DNA from: Octopus sinensis
Taxonomy: Eukaryota
Length of the DNA: 64,000 bases
Assembly: GCF_006345805.1 (NCBI RefSeq)
Contig: NC_043006.1
Coordinates: 9,548,001-9,612,000, forward strand
Reading direction: 5' to 3'
In this document: piece by piece, positions 1 through 12,720 of the stretch
How positions within the stretch are numbered: position 1 is the first letter of the stretch
How the letters are laid out: each line of letters begins with the position of its first letter
The notes under the pieces: model-generated
Told to the model about the DNA's origin: nothing
The model's database searches: none
Seen by the model: only the letters and a program-made list of their open reading frames with translations
Position numbers and translations under genes: made by a program

Positions 1-1544
1 TCGTGAATGTAATATAATTCGTATGTGCATTTTTATTTTACAAAATTATCTTTGCATGAGCTTTCTCTTGCGATTTCAACTCTTGTCAAATAAGGACGTG
101 TTGAACTACGTAATTCAGTGACCCATTGTTTAATTACGGATACGTTAGAATTCATCAAACCAGAGTTAATGGTTTTTAAAATGGTTAGATTTCAGTAGGT
201 CTTTCAGAAGCAACTTCCCTAATTATTAATATTTCTCCTGAACGTGATGAACATCTTCGGATCTTTTGCGCCCCACTAAGTGGACCTCATGCGCATTAAA
301 TATGATCCTAGGTTTGCATTTGCATGCATATTACCTGACACATGCCAGGACATATTAGAGAGCTATGTTTGCACCACGATATTTGCCCAATTTGTAGTTG
401 CCAAATAATTGTCGGGTTACGATATTATCAGTCATTGCTAATTTTTTGCTTCTAATAATTATGTATCGTTCATTTAAAATTCAACCAACCAATACGTTTC
501 CTATGAAAGTATTTGTAACAGAATACACGAAATTGGATTCAACTTCAATAAATATTTATATACAAGTATCGTGTAAGCTCCACCAGTCTCTAAACAATAA
601 CAATGATTGGGAAAGTGCATTTGAAAAAAGGTGCAGTATACTAATAGTGGACTAATATTTAACTAATTCAGAAATGCACTTATTAACCACACATGAATGT
701 TTAGGGCTTTTGCATCACTTCTGCTTTGAGTTCAGTTTTGTACAGGCGCCTAAGTTTTTCAGCTTTCTAAACGTCTATATATCTAAAGGAATGAAACGCT
801 TACTTCTCAAATGTTTAGCTCTTATATGTATATTTGAAACAAGAAATTACTGGTAAATTTGTGTTTAATTATAAATCAATAAGTTGGAATATTTATGAAT
901 AAAGTTAATACATTATGTTAATGCGTGATATGACAGATATAATTAAATGGTTGTATGCGTGACAATTTCCATTCTAAGAAGATTATATTCAACCATATTC
1001 TCATTGATATAATGATTCTACATTTGTTTACAATTGAGATATTAGAAATTAAAACGTTTTGACTACTCACATTGAAGCTTTTTTATTGTCATATATCCTC
1101 GATTGCTTGCAAAAAATAGTGGTCATACACAAACTAGGTCACTTTACACATGCACATACAACAACATTTCATTTGTAATACATAATTTGCCATGAAAGTG
1201 AAGACATTTTCAAAGAAACAGACATTTTACAATGTATTTTTACAATGTATATTTGCATTGCTTTCACGAAGGAATAATGCCGTTTTTTGAACCCTTGTAT
1301 TATATATTTGCGAGTATAAGGTGTTTAACTTAGCGCATCGATAAAAATGCATATCGGCTTTTCTTTTACCGTTTTAGTTTCTGAGCTCAAATCCTGCCGA
1401 GGTCAACTTTACTTTTAATTTTTTCGAATACCTATAAAATAAAGTGCATGGCAACTGCTGGAATGGATGAAATCGACATGGTCACTCCAGGAAAAAATTC
1501 TAACACGATGCTAAATTTTATAAAGAATTAATGTTAAAAATGTT

Positions 1545-1770
1545 GAGCTGCCACAATCGCTAGCAAATAAGAGAAATCTTAACGGCATTTCAGCATCTCA
1601 TTATGTCGGACTATAATTTCCGCTGAGATTGAATTTACCTTTCATCCTTTCAAGGCCGATAAACAAATTACCAATAGAACATTGGGGCCGATGCAAAAAC
1701 CAGCAGAATCTTGGGGTCTATTCGCCCCTCAAAAATTGCTGGTCATCTGACAAAATTTGAAACTATTACG
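1545..1770 (+). mobile_element. Degenerate tRNA-derived SINE, family A
   Basis: Diverged match to the family A copies at 7595 and 45248 (GAGCTG-CA head, TTTACCTTTCATCCTTTC...GATAAA...TGGGGCCGATG core). A further decayed piece lies at about 1330-1445. Confidence 0.6.
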
Positions 1771-4700
1771 TCAGCGATCTCATAAGATAGTTAGAGCATC
1801 GGACTAAAAATATTGAAGGAGATATTTTTCAGCACTTTACTATTTGTATTCAAAACAATTTGCTTTTCATAATTTTGGTATTGATAAAATGAAGTACCAG
1901 TGAAGAACACTGCCACTAAATTTACTGACATTGTGTTTAAATTTGAAAGAATTGTTTGCAGTTATGCTTTTGCTTGCAGTGTTCCAAAAGTGACGATATT
2001 GCTTTTTATATTTCTCTTTATTTGTTAAATGAACAAATTCCTGCTCGAGTAGTATCCACAATTTCCAATGTGCGTAACCTTCTCCATAATTTCTGGGGTT
2101 ATACAAATGTTAAATTTAAATTTTATCTTCTAAAGTAGCTTTATGCTTAGTAATATAAATTCGCTATAGCAATGCATGAATTTATTGTAAATGGCACCAT
2201 ATTTAGCGAAAGTAAATTTATATAAAAAAGAAACAGGATAATAATTCATGGTTCAATTGTGATTATAAAGAAACGAATCATAAACTAAACTGTGATTACT
2301 TTATCTCAGTATTTGTTAAACTATAGCTATTGCTACCTAAAAGAGTAGTGATTGTTAATCTCTATCTAAAGAGGAAATGTTTTACTAATAAAGACTTATT
2401 TCCTCTTAGCACAATCAAAAAGATCACCACAATGCATGAGCAGAAGAACGCATTTTGTAATCTTTAAAAAAGAAATAGTTGTGTCAGTTATGCTAGGAGT
2501 GCTATTTCTGACATACAGCTTGGTGCAGTCTGTTGTGTGGACAAATCTTACGTAACTAAATCATCTATCAACCAGGATTATTTGGTGATGTGGTTACTAA
2601 AAATCATTCAAGAAAGGACGAACGCCTGTCACAGAACGGATGAGCCCAGCATAAGATCAACTGAGGTCTCTCAGTAGCAGGATTACTTACAAATTCGAAT
2701 CAGCTGCAAGAAAAATCCACACATTCTACAACGACACTAGAGATGAAACTTGGTGAGCATTCCAGGTTCCGCTGCCAGACTAGGAGAAGAAGGACAGCAA
2801 GCATAAATCCATGTTACAATTTTATTTGACTGCCTGTAAAGAGTCGAAAGCTAAGGGAGTTAATCCATCCTAAGAGATCATATCCACCAACTCTATCGAG
2901 AAATTCTGTAGGCATTAGTACTAAACTTTCCAGGACTGTCTATCAGCCTCTAACCTACTAAAAAGAGTCATAAAATAGCAAGATTGCTTGTAATATATGC
3001 AATGTTGTTCTCACCAAAATCATTCTTAGGCACATGCCAGAGAAATCTCATACATTTCACTTTGTAACAATGTTGCACACCGTTTTTCGGGAAAGGAAAC
3101 GAAGTGTCATCGTTTGTTATAGGCAGGCAAAAAGGTTTTGAATTCTGCCGAGCACTTCAAAACATATTATCTATTCCAAAATGGACAAGCATAGCATCAT
3201 TATCAGTGTAAGCATCTCTGGCAAGGTCTCGAGGAGTTTTGATCTTGCAGTTCAGCCAATGAGGATGCTATTTGCCTTTTAAATGTTTCAAATGTCATGC
3301 TTGCTTTGATCCAGGCTTACGCGACTCGGACAGAGGATTAACTTCCAAAAACGTGCACAAGTTCTACCACAATATCAAAACAGTGGGCAAAAATAACAGG
3401 TTTATGTAAAATTTTGATCATTTCTACACAAAATCGTATATACACAAAAATTGCGCTATTATACAAAAATACACACAAAAATGCGACGTTAACATTATTC
3501 ACATTTCCACACATGCGTTCATCCGTAACTTCGCTGCATCATAAAACTAACTTTGTGTTATTGAATCGATGTTGGGAAAGTTATAGTGATGTTTGTTAAT
3601 CAATCATATTGCATAGCGTAGAGGGAGAGAGAGGGAGAGAGTGTGTGTTGGGTAGTGGAGAAGAGAGAAAAAAGAGAGAAAGTGATTTGGTAGAGTGGCA
3701 TATATCTCTCCCTAATCTTATCCGATCATAAGGCACGTTAATGTATGTTACCCTTCGAATGAAGGAAAAATATTGTTGATATTAACACAGTGAATGCTAT
3801 ATTTTATTGAAGAGAACTGCGACATATCCTAGCCCAAATCACCCAATGGTAGTTGATTGCATTTGTTGAGTTCGAAACAGTAACAGGTGAGAGGTCACAG
3901 TAATGTATATAGCTCAAGAATATTTGGGGCGGAGATCAAATGCCATCGATGTACCAGGGATCAAATTTGCTTTTTAAACACCATTCATCCAAATCTTGCA
4001 ACAATCATACAAATATTATAAATCAAGCATGCGTTTACAAATAATATGAGTAGAATACTCTAAGTCCTATAAAAGATTATCATATTATACGCCCACGAAT
4101 GAGTACCGTATTGTAATTTATATAATTATGTGACTGGAACTGGAACCGGAAAACGTCTTATGACATTTGAAGGTTGTTCTTGAAGGTCAAAGCATCTTGT
4201 TTGGGAATTGTAGATCTCGGTAGATTTGTTGCTTATCAGTAAATAGAAATCTTCAAACAGTTTTTCGTGTTGGATCGGAGAAGCAAAAATCGGTGAATTT
4301 ATGAAAACAAGATAGAGTATTTGTAAAGGCGGAGCGGTTGAGATGGTCTTATATCTAGTCAGATCTTAGGAGGGGATATCCTTTTCGAAGAGCTAATAGG
4401 AGCAAAGCGATGTAATTTGGTATTTGTTAAACTGTGTTGCCGACTGAACGTTGCAATGATCATCTGTAATTGACTCTATGCTGGTGATGCACTAGAGTAT
4501 GTGTGTGCATTGTCACTGTAAGATCTCAATATTGAAACTAACTAGTTATATAAGGTCTGTTGTTTGTTAGCAAGTCATGAAGAATAACTATTCTGTCCCT
4601 GAAAAGGAAAATTATTGTTTGTTATGGATGTTTTGAAATGTTACATATAAAAGAGGACAATAACCAACCATTAAGTATTATGCGAAACCTAGCATTTATT

Positions 4701-6359
4701 GTGACATGGGGTTATTTAAGCGATGTTGCTAAGGTATGCATTATCGTGTTTCAATAATGATCCCACGTTATATTCAGTTATCGTAATTAGTTATAGGAAA
4801 GAGAGCAAATTGTCATATTCCTATAAAAAGATATTTTTGTGAATTCTATTCCCAGTGATCTGTAACCTTGCATGAGTTATCAAAGTTCGTGTCAACTGAT
4901 GCCATATCACAAGCAGCTAAAGATGTACAAAGAGTGATATCGAATTCATCTAATTGTTTGTTCTCAGAAATAGCACGGAACAAATCAATGATATAGAATA
5001 TAGAGAATGGAAATCTTCACTACCTATGATTACCTCCACCACTAAAACTGTAGAAGCAACGCTCTAGTCGCTACTGAAAATATCTGAACAACCATGACTA
5101 ACACTGCTACCACCACCAGAATTTTAACATTGTATTATCTAAAGTTTTCTACGATATCCACATTAAAATACAATTTCAAATTACGATCTCGAACATCAGC
5201 ACTTAATCTCCTGCCATCTACAGGCAGGTCGACCCTCACTTCGGGTATTGATAATGCATTTACATTTACTACCACATCTACGATCACTATCAACGGAACG
5301 AACAACGTCACTGATGCCATCACAGCTAATAGATTCACCTATTGATTCATATCACTAATATTACTACCATAAGATATCACAAAGCCAATACGCCATCTCT
5401 CAGTCTAACGTAAATAGTAGCCAAAATTTGCAGATAGTAATGGGTGTCTTGAAAATAAACATATATGCGTATTATGATCGTCCTAGCTGAGAACGTTTGA
5501 CATGTGTCAATTTAATCCATTTTTACTTCCATGTATATAAGAATAATCAAATTACCACCACAGTTAGCCCCAAAGTTATTGTTATCAATCACACATGCCA
5601 TAAACATCACTAGTGGTCCCAGCTCTACTAAATAATAGTTTAACAAAAACAGAAATATATATTGCCTGTTGCACCAGTTGTTGTAAAATTGCAGATTAAA
5701 AGCCCATAAATCTAAGAATGCTCTCTCCCCATACAAAGAAAAACACAAGATGATTTAAAAAAAAATATAGCAGAGGGCTTTGGATGATATGTCTTCTTTC
5801 ATGCGCTCATTCGTTCTTGGATAAACAATTATACCAACCGTCCATCATCAACGGTGATAGCAAAATCATTATCATTATTCCTATTAGCAGGATCTCACAA
5901 CCCTACACTACTAATAACTCAACTAACAATACTGAAACCGTCGTTAATTCAAAACTCATTAAGTTTCCTTGTTAAGGCAATCAGATCTGCATTTCGCTCA
6001 TTCTTCGTTGTCCACTGGTGTGGAAATTCTATAATTAATTGGGCAATTCACTGTTTAATGGTTCACTGTTATACTGCTATGTTGATCCAATCTATGTGTT
6101 TGGTGTGTATGTATGCATGTACGTATGGATGTCTGGATGGATATATCTAGTTCGGCTGACACCTTTATAGGCTGATCAAAATACTCTCATGTGAGGGGTG
6201 TGTTTCTCGGCAATAAGCCCCTTGTGATACATACACATATTCAATAAGACTGGCTGTGCCCGGATCCCATCCAGGAAGAGGCCTTCATCATGTAAGTAAA
6301 AAGACAGTCATGAACACCAGGTAAGACGTCATCATCACTGTGTTAGGGGTTCGCAGAAA

Positions 6360-6960
6360 AGCGCATTTTTTCTTTCATGTTGGGAGACAGATGGTAGTCA
6401 GATGGATCCAAATCGAGAGATTAGGTAGGGTGAACCACCTGCTCAAGACCACAGTCACCCGCAACAGCCAGGGAAACGAAAGATGTGTGTACTGAAACAT
6501 TGGTCTGATGAAACAAGATACTTTTTGTCAGTTTTCCTGGGGCTTTCTTCTTCATAGACTTTCGTAACTACCTCAGCAAACCGGCTTAGTACGTTTCATC
6601 GATGGTGATGCCGTTCTGGAAATTGACACGAAACAGAAAGCTCTTTTGCATCCTCGAAACCTAAGGTTATAATCTTCCTGAGCAGGTGATGAGAGGTGTT
6701 CCTTCTGCATAGATCGTCCTTTTGTCTCTGACCCAAGGTGATGACACCAATACTCGTCTTGGGTTAGTAAACGTTCATGGAAACCAGCTTAATCTACTTC
6801 TAACAATGTCAGGGTTCCCCGTGACCTGATCAGACTTGTGTGTGTTAGATCAGGTATCAGAAGACGTGGCAGCCACCGAAAAGGATTCGCCGTTATGCCA
6901 AGTTGATTGTGCAGAATATTCTCAACTCTCTCATGGGATATGCTACCACCAGTGGGTACT
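6360..6960 (-). pseudogene. Mariner-family DD(34)D transposase relic
   Basis: Minus-strand translation with frameshifts gives ISHERVENILHNQLG...RWLPRLL (WVPRLL motif), LLTQDEYWCHH..ETK and HP.Y-SPDL.PSDYHL.PNMK (YSPDLAPSDY motif). Confidence 0.85.
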
Positions 6961-7594
6961 GGATTTATAGTCAATCGCATGTTATCCAATCTGCATGAGG
7001 TGAACAAGATCAATGTTTTCCACTTGGATCAACTTCAAGACTTCATCAAGTTTCATCCAACTTCCTATTTCTGTTGCTGATAAAGCTGAAGCATCATCCT
7101 CTAATGAATCAATCATATTAGCATTAATGTCATCGGGTTTAAACGCATTTTCTGCAGGTACTTCATCCCATTTTTTTCCATTTTCAAGAAAATTCGCTAT
7201 TAATCACACTTCAAGTTTTCTTTGAATCGTCAAATGTATATAAGTATATTTTAGATATAATTAATAGCGACAAAAGAAGCGGCATTAATACCACAAGGCA
7301 CTATGACCATAAGTATCTCAAATTTAATATGTAATCTGTTTTATAATACAGAATACTGAGTTATTTACCTATGTTCTAGCACAATCCTTTTTTTTTAAAT
7401 AAACCCAATTTCTATCTGCGCCACCAGTTTGAATAGTATTGAATTGAAGAGAATGATAATTGTGAGGGTATGTTTGGTTAAATAAATGTATTATGTAAAC
7501 AGGCATGTGTATTAGTGTTTGATGAATATGTATGTATGTATTATGTATTTTGTAGCTTGACAAATGTGTATGTATGATAAATATGTATTATAAG

Positions 7595-7992
7595 GGCGGC
7601 GAGCTGGCAGAAACGTTAGCACGCCGGGCGAAATGCTTAACGGTATTCAGAGTTCAAATCCCGCCGAGGTCGACTTTACCTTTCATCCTTTCGGGGTCGA
7701 TAAATTAAGTACCAGTTACACACTGGGGTTGATGTACTCGACTTAATCCGTTTGTCTATCCTTGTTTGTCCTCTCTGTGTTTAGCCTCTTGTAGGTAATA
7801 AAGAAATAGGTATTTCGTCTGGCGCTACGTTCTGAGTTCAAATTTCAACTAGGTCGATTTTTGCCTTACATCCATTCGGGATCAATTTGATAAGTACCAG
7901 TAACGCACTGGAGTCGATGTAACCGACTTAATCCCTTTGTCTGTCCTTGTTTGCCCCCTCTATATTTAGCCCCCTGTGGACAATAAAGAAAT
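7595..7992 (+). mobile_element. tRNA-derived SINE family A, full copy plus a tandem 3' half
   Basis: Head GGCGGCGAGCTGGCAGAAACGTTAGC, B-box-like GAGTTCAAATCCC, central CCTTTCATCCTTTCGGGGTCGATAAATTAAGTACCAG (resembles the Deu/Nin domain from memory), tail AATAAAGAAAT. The 3' half is repeated from about 7810. Near-identical copies at 45248 and 63676. Confidence 0.9.
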
Positions 7993-8390
7993 ATGTATTT
8001 ATGTATGCATGTATGTATGTATTATGTATGCATGTATATATATATATATACATGTGCACAACTATATTTGTTAGTTTCATAGCCTCTCTTAGTAACTTGG
8101 AAAACAACATTATAAAGACAGTATTAATGGTACTACATATATAAAATACTAAAATGAAGTCTCTATTATCACTGATGTTAGTATCCTGCAGGGCTAAAGA
8201 AGAGTGCATGTCACCGGTTTCCTTTGAAGTGGAACGGTAATAGACTCAAGACAAAGGTAATTGTTAAAGGCTATCCTTTTATGGGATTCTTATGTTTAAT
8301 TTGTTTCTTTCTAAACTGCAGCGGCCTGTGATTAAAGACTGAATGAATATGTAGCTTCTTGATTCTTGACATGTTATTTCTCTGACTTTA

Positions 8391-8990
8391 TTTCTGTTGC
8401 TTTTCTCATTTGTATCTCTTTGTATTTCTGTGTGGTCCCTGTCAGAGAAATACTAAAAGTAGTATTTCGGTATAAGGAGAAACTGAAGATGATATACCTG
8501 TGCTCTAATACTGGTTACCCGAGTATACGAATACCTATAGCTATTGTTGAATAATATCAATACAATACTGTGTATAAGCGATTCAGCAATTTACAGCTGA
8601 TAATGGCAGTATAAATGAGTAAGATATACGACATTCAGTGTTACGTTAACCTTAAATATTGAGAATATGTCTTCATTACATGCATACTATCTGGGCAAAT
8701 AAAACTTCCTTGATGACTATTTCACCAATTAATTTTGTGTCCCAACTAGATTGAATGTAGTTAAGATTTTCGCCAACATAATATGAGAGTCATAGTTTAG
8801 GACGAATATTGCGATTTTCGAGTTGTTTCTGTTGTTTTTCTCATTTGTTTCTCTTTGTATTTCTTTGTTCGTCTCTGTCAGAGAAATACTGAACGCACTC
8901 TTCCGGTACAAGGAGAAACTAAAGATGATATAATTGTGCTTTAATTATGGTACCCTGAAGATGCGCAAACACAGATATTGTTTTGAGCTG
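8391..8990 (+). repeat. Diverged direct duplication of about 165 bp (8391-8555 and 8826-8990) with a splice-acceptor-like tract
   Basis: Both copies read TTTCTGTTG.TTTTCTCATTTGT.TCTCTTTGTATTTCT...CTGTCAG|AGAAATACT...CGGTA.AAGGAGAAACT.AAGATGATATA. Confidence 0.8.
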
Positions 8991-9457
8991 AGCGGGGGGT
9001 GCTAGATTCTCTTGTTCGAAAATATAAAGGACACAGATCGTATCGTATAGCCAGCTGGAGACGATGTGTCCTGGGGTTAAGTTACAGCAACATTCATCCT
9101 AAAACAGGACTGCTATGTTATGCTGGCAAAAATATTTACTCCAAAATACTGTTGCTGAATATCTCTCCTTGTGAGATTTAAAAATAGTAATTTTTCTAGA
9201 TTGATGTAATATACAATATGCAATGGCTGTAGAATTCCTACCACGCAATTCAGCATGTTTTAACAGGAGACACATCAAAAGGAAAATGAAATCACGTAAA
9301 CAGACTTAACATCTCAGACGCATAAATGTGAAAGCTTGCAACTGAACTGAAGTGCATAGATTAATGACATGATAAATTATAATTCCAGACAACATTTTCG
9401 TGCTAGAGGCTTCCAGAATATTTATGATACACGTGTTAATTTGTAAAAAGATAATCA

Positions 9458-9867
9458 TACTCTTTACTCTTTTTTTTTTTACTTGTTTCAGTCATTTGAC
9501 TGCGGCTATGCTGGAGCACCGCCTTTAGTCGAGCAACTCGACCCCGGGACTTATTCTTTTTCTAAGCCCAGTACTTAATCTATCGGTTTCTTTTTGCCGA
9601 ACCGCTAAGTAACAGGGACATACACACAGCAGCATCGGTTGTCAAGCAATGCTAGGGAGACAAATACAGACACACAAACACACATATATGTATATACATA
9701 TATACGACAGGCTTCTTTCAGTTTCTGTCTACCAAATTCACTCACAAGGCATTGGTCGGCCCGGGGCTATAGCAGAAGACACTTGCCCAAGATGCCACGC
9801 AGTGGGACTGAACCCGGAACCATGTGGCTGGTTAGCAAGCTACTTACCACAGAGCCACTCCTGCGCC
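9458..9867 (-). mobile_element. tRNA-derived SINE family B (CORE-like centre, LINE-like 3' tail)
   Basis: Reverse complement of the GGCGCAGGAGTGGCT..TGG head with GGTTCAGTCCC B box, CTTGGGCAAGTGTCTT core, internal TA/TG microsatellite and GGCGGTGCTCCAGCAT.GCCGCAGTCAAATGACTGAAACAAGT tail. Five copies in the window. Confidence 0.92.
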
Positions 9868-9904
<37 letters not shown>

Positions 9905-10135
9905 ATAATAAATATTAGGGAATAAATCCAAATTTACAGGGAAAAAATCAGATTTAGGATTAAATCCAATTTTATAGTAAAATATTATATAATATTATTA
10001 GAGACAAAACCACTATTTTGCAAAACAAACAAGGAAAGACTTAATCAATACATAAAATTTTAATAAAAAGTCAAAAAAACCGCCACTACAATTGTTTCTT
10101 GTCCTGATCGACAATCTTCAGGTGGACTTCCAATC
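9905..10135 (-). mobile_element. Penelope-like element terminal repeat (pLTR) end, family 1, inserted in (TA)n
   Basis: Same sequence at 21931-22166, 22167-22325 and 13617-13720. Contains a hammerhead motif and is flanked by (TA)n. Confidence 0.8.
10083..10125 (-). ncRNA. Minimal type I hammerhead ribozyme
   Basis: Minus strand: CCAC-CUGAAGA-UUGUC(GAUCAG)GACAA-GAAA-C(AAUU)G-UA-GUGG. Core, stems I and II, and a short stem III with palindromic AAUU loop, as in PLE-type hammerheads. Confidence 0.85.
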
Positions 10136-10139
10136 TAAA

Positions 10140-12720
10140 ATATCAATATTTTAAAATATAAAAATAATAATTTTAAAATAATTAAAGTATTAATGAAAAA
10201 AAATAAATATATAATCTATATATAACCTATATATAATCCATATATAATCAATATATAAACAATATATAAACTAAAATAAACCTATCAACAATTAAATATA
10301 AAATATAAAATATAAAACAAAACAAAAAATAAACTATATATACACCCATACACATATAACTAATTATATATAACCATATCTAAATACATACACTAAATCA
10401 CACACCTATATATATATCCCTATACATACACATAAAAACGTCTAGGCAACGATAAATAAATAAAATAGCCAAATACTTCAACACAATACTTATTCATACT
10501 CCCTCACACACACATACAACCCACATTCCCGCTCTAGAAACGGACATCATTTAAAACTATGAATGGAGAAATGGAACAAATGGAATTAAAAATTATATTC
10601 ACTTGGCAAAACGAACATTACTTAAAAATTATGAATGAAACAATGTAACAAAATAACAGACATCGTAAATAGACACAAATTACCACGAATTCCTTAATAA
10701 ACCAAAACTCATAAAAACATATAATGATAAAATCTCCCTTTACTAAACTCTATAACATACCTATATAGCAATCCCCCTAACCTAAACATTCACACACAAA
10801 TACACACACGTAAACCACACACCCACGACATATACAAATACCCACCTCACTCACACATACCTATACATACATATAAACCTCAACATATACTCCAAAAACC
10901 GACTCAACCCCACACAGACAAATAAACACATACATCCCCAAACCTATATAGCAAACCCATAAACACATTCACACACAAATATACATACGTAAAACACACA
11001 CCATATACATATACATACTCACTAAACTCGATACATACAACAATATTAACACACCCACACTCATACAGATAAACAAACTACACAACCAAAACACGCACAC
11101 ACTCACACACAATCCCACATACATAAACACTCCAAAGAAAAACAACATTATTACACATAATACGATATATAAAATACATCGTAAGTAACCAGAATATCAA
11201 AAATAACAATATGACATAGGAGAAATAATATACATACTTTCAAGTCAGTTTCAAATTATGAAGTGAAATTAAATTCTAAGCCGTTGAAAACATCAAACAA
11301 AATTACGTTACCATAGGAACATAACTTATGTATAAAAAGAATACGCGCTACGGAAGCAAACGTCATTTAAAATTATGAATGGAGAAATAGAATAAATGGA
11401 ATTAAAAATTATATTCACGCGGTAAACTAACATTATTTAAAAAAATTATGAATGGATTCTTTAATAAAACTACCATGATAAATTAAAACTCATAAAAACA
11501 TAAATGATAAAACCTCCCTTTACTAAACCCTATAACAAACTTATATAGCAATCTCTTTAACCTATACATTCACACACAAATACACACACGTAAACCACAC
11601 ACCCATAACAATACAAACCCCCACCCCACTCACACACACCCACAGGTACATATAAGCCTCAACATATACACCAAACAAAATTACGTTACCAAGGAACCTA
11701 ACATATGTATAAAAAGTATTCCCGCTCTGGAAACGAACATCTTTTAAAATTATGAATGGAGAAATGGAACAAATGGAATTGAAAATAATATTCACGTGGT
11801 AAAACGAACACCACTCAAAAATTATGAATGAAATAATGCAATAAAACAACAAACATCGTAAATAGACAAATTACTACGAATTCCTTAATAAAACTACCAT
11901 GACAAACCAAAACTCATAAAAACATATAATGATAAAATCTCCCTTTGCTAAACTCTATAACAAACCTATATAGCAATCCCCCTAACCTAAACATTCACAC
12001 ACAAATACACACACGTAAACCACAGACCCACGACTTACACAAATACCCACCTCACTCACACATACCTATACTAACGTATAAACCTCAATATACACCAAAA
12101 ACCCACTCCCTCCCCACACAGATAAATTAACACATACATCCCTAAACCTATATAACAAACCCATATACACATTCACACACAAATATACATACGTAAAACA
12201 CACACACACAACATATACATATACTCCCTCACATATACGCATATACATACTCACTAAACTCGATATATACAACAATATTTACACACCCACACTCATACAG
12301 ATAAATAAATTATACAACTAAAATACGCACACACTCACACACAATCTCACATACATAAACACTCCAAAGAAAAACAACATTATTACACATAAAACGATAT
12401 ATAAAATACATCGTAATTAACCAGAATATCAAAAATAACAATATGACATAAGGAGAAATAATATACATACTTTCAAGTCAGTTTCAAATTATGAAGTGAA
12501 ATTAAATTCTAAGCCGTTAAAAAAATCAAACCAAAATTACGTTACCATAGGAACATAACTTATGTATAAAAAGAATACGCGCTACGGAAGTAAACGTCAT
12601 TTAAAATTATGAATGGAGAAATAGAATAAGTGGAATTAAAAACTATATTCACGCGGCAAACCAACACTACTTAAAAAAAATTATGAATGGATTCTTTAAT
12701 AAAACTACCATGATAAATTA
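10140..12720. repeat. G-poor (A/C-rich) tandemly duplicated array derived from pLTR-upstream sequence, period about 1.2 kb
   Basis: About 10530-11485 is repeated at about 11720-12720. The subrepeat ATGAATGGAGAAAT.GAA.AA.TGGAATT occurs four times. AAGTCAGTTTCAAATT (about 11242 and 12475) is shared with the centre of the 22 kb palindrome. Confidence 0.8.

Noticed and set aside
1867-2106. 79-aa minus-strand ORF (YNPRNYGEGYAHWKLW...)
   Set aside because: No recognisable domain, TTG start and no convincing splice sites.
4800-6150. Cluster of short ORFs on both strands
   Set aside because: Possibly decayed coding or TE sequence, but no motif could be assigned and all frames are interrupted.
11290-11420. 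Apparent GIY-YIG-like words (YVTIGT, TRY) on the + strand of the array
   Set aside because: They need frame changes, and the ribozyme-sense strand here is minus, where the region looks like a T-rich UTR; likely chance.
10530-12720. Repeated 40-60 bp units suggesting a CRISPR-like array
   Set aside because: Eukaryotic context, irregular spacing, non-unique intervening sequence and no cas genes.
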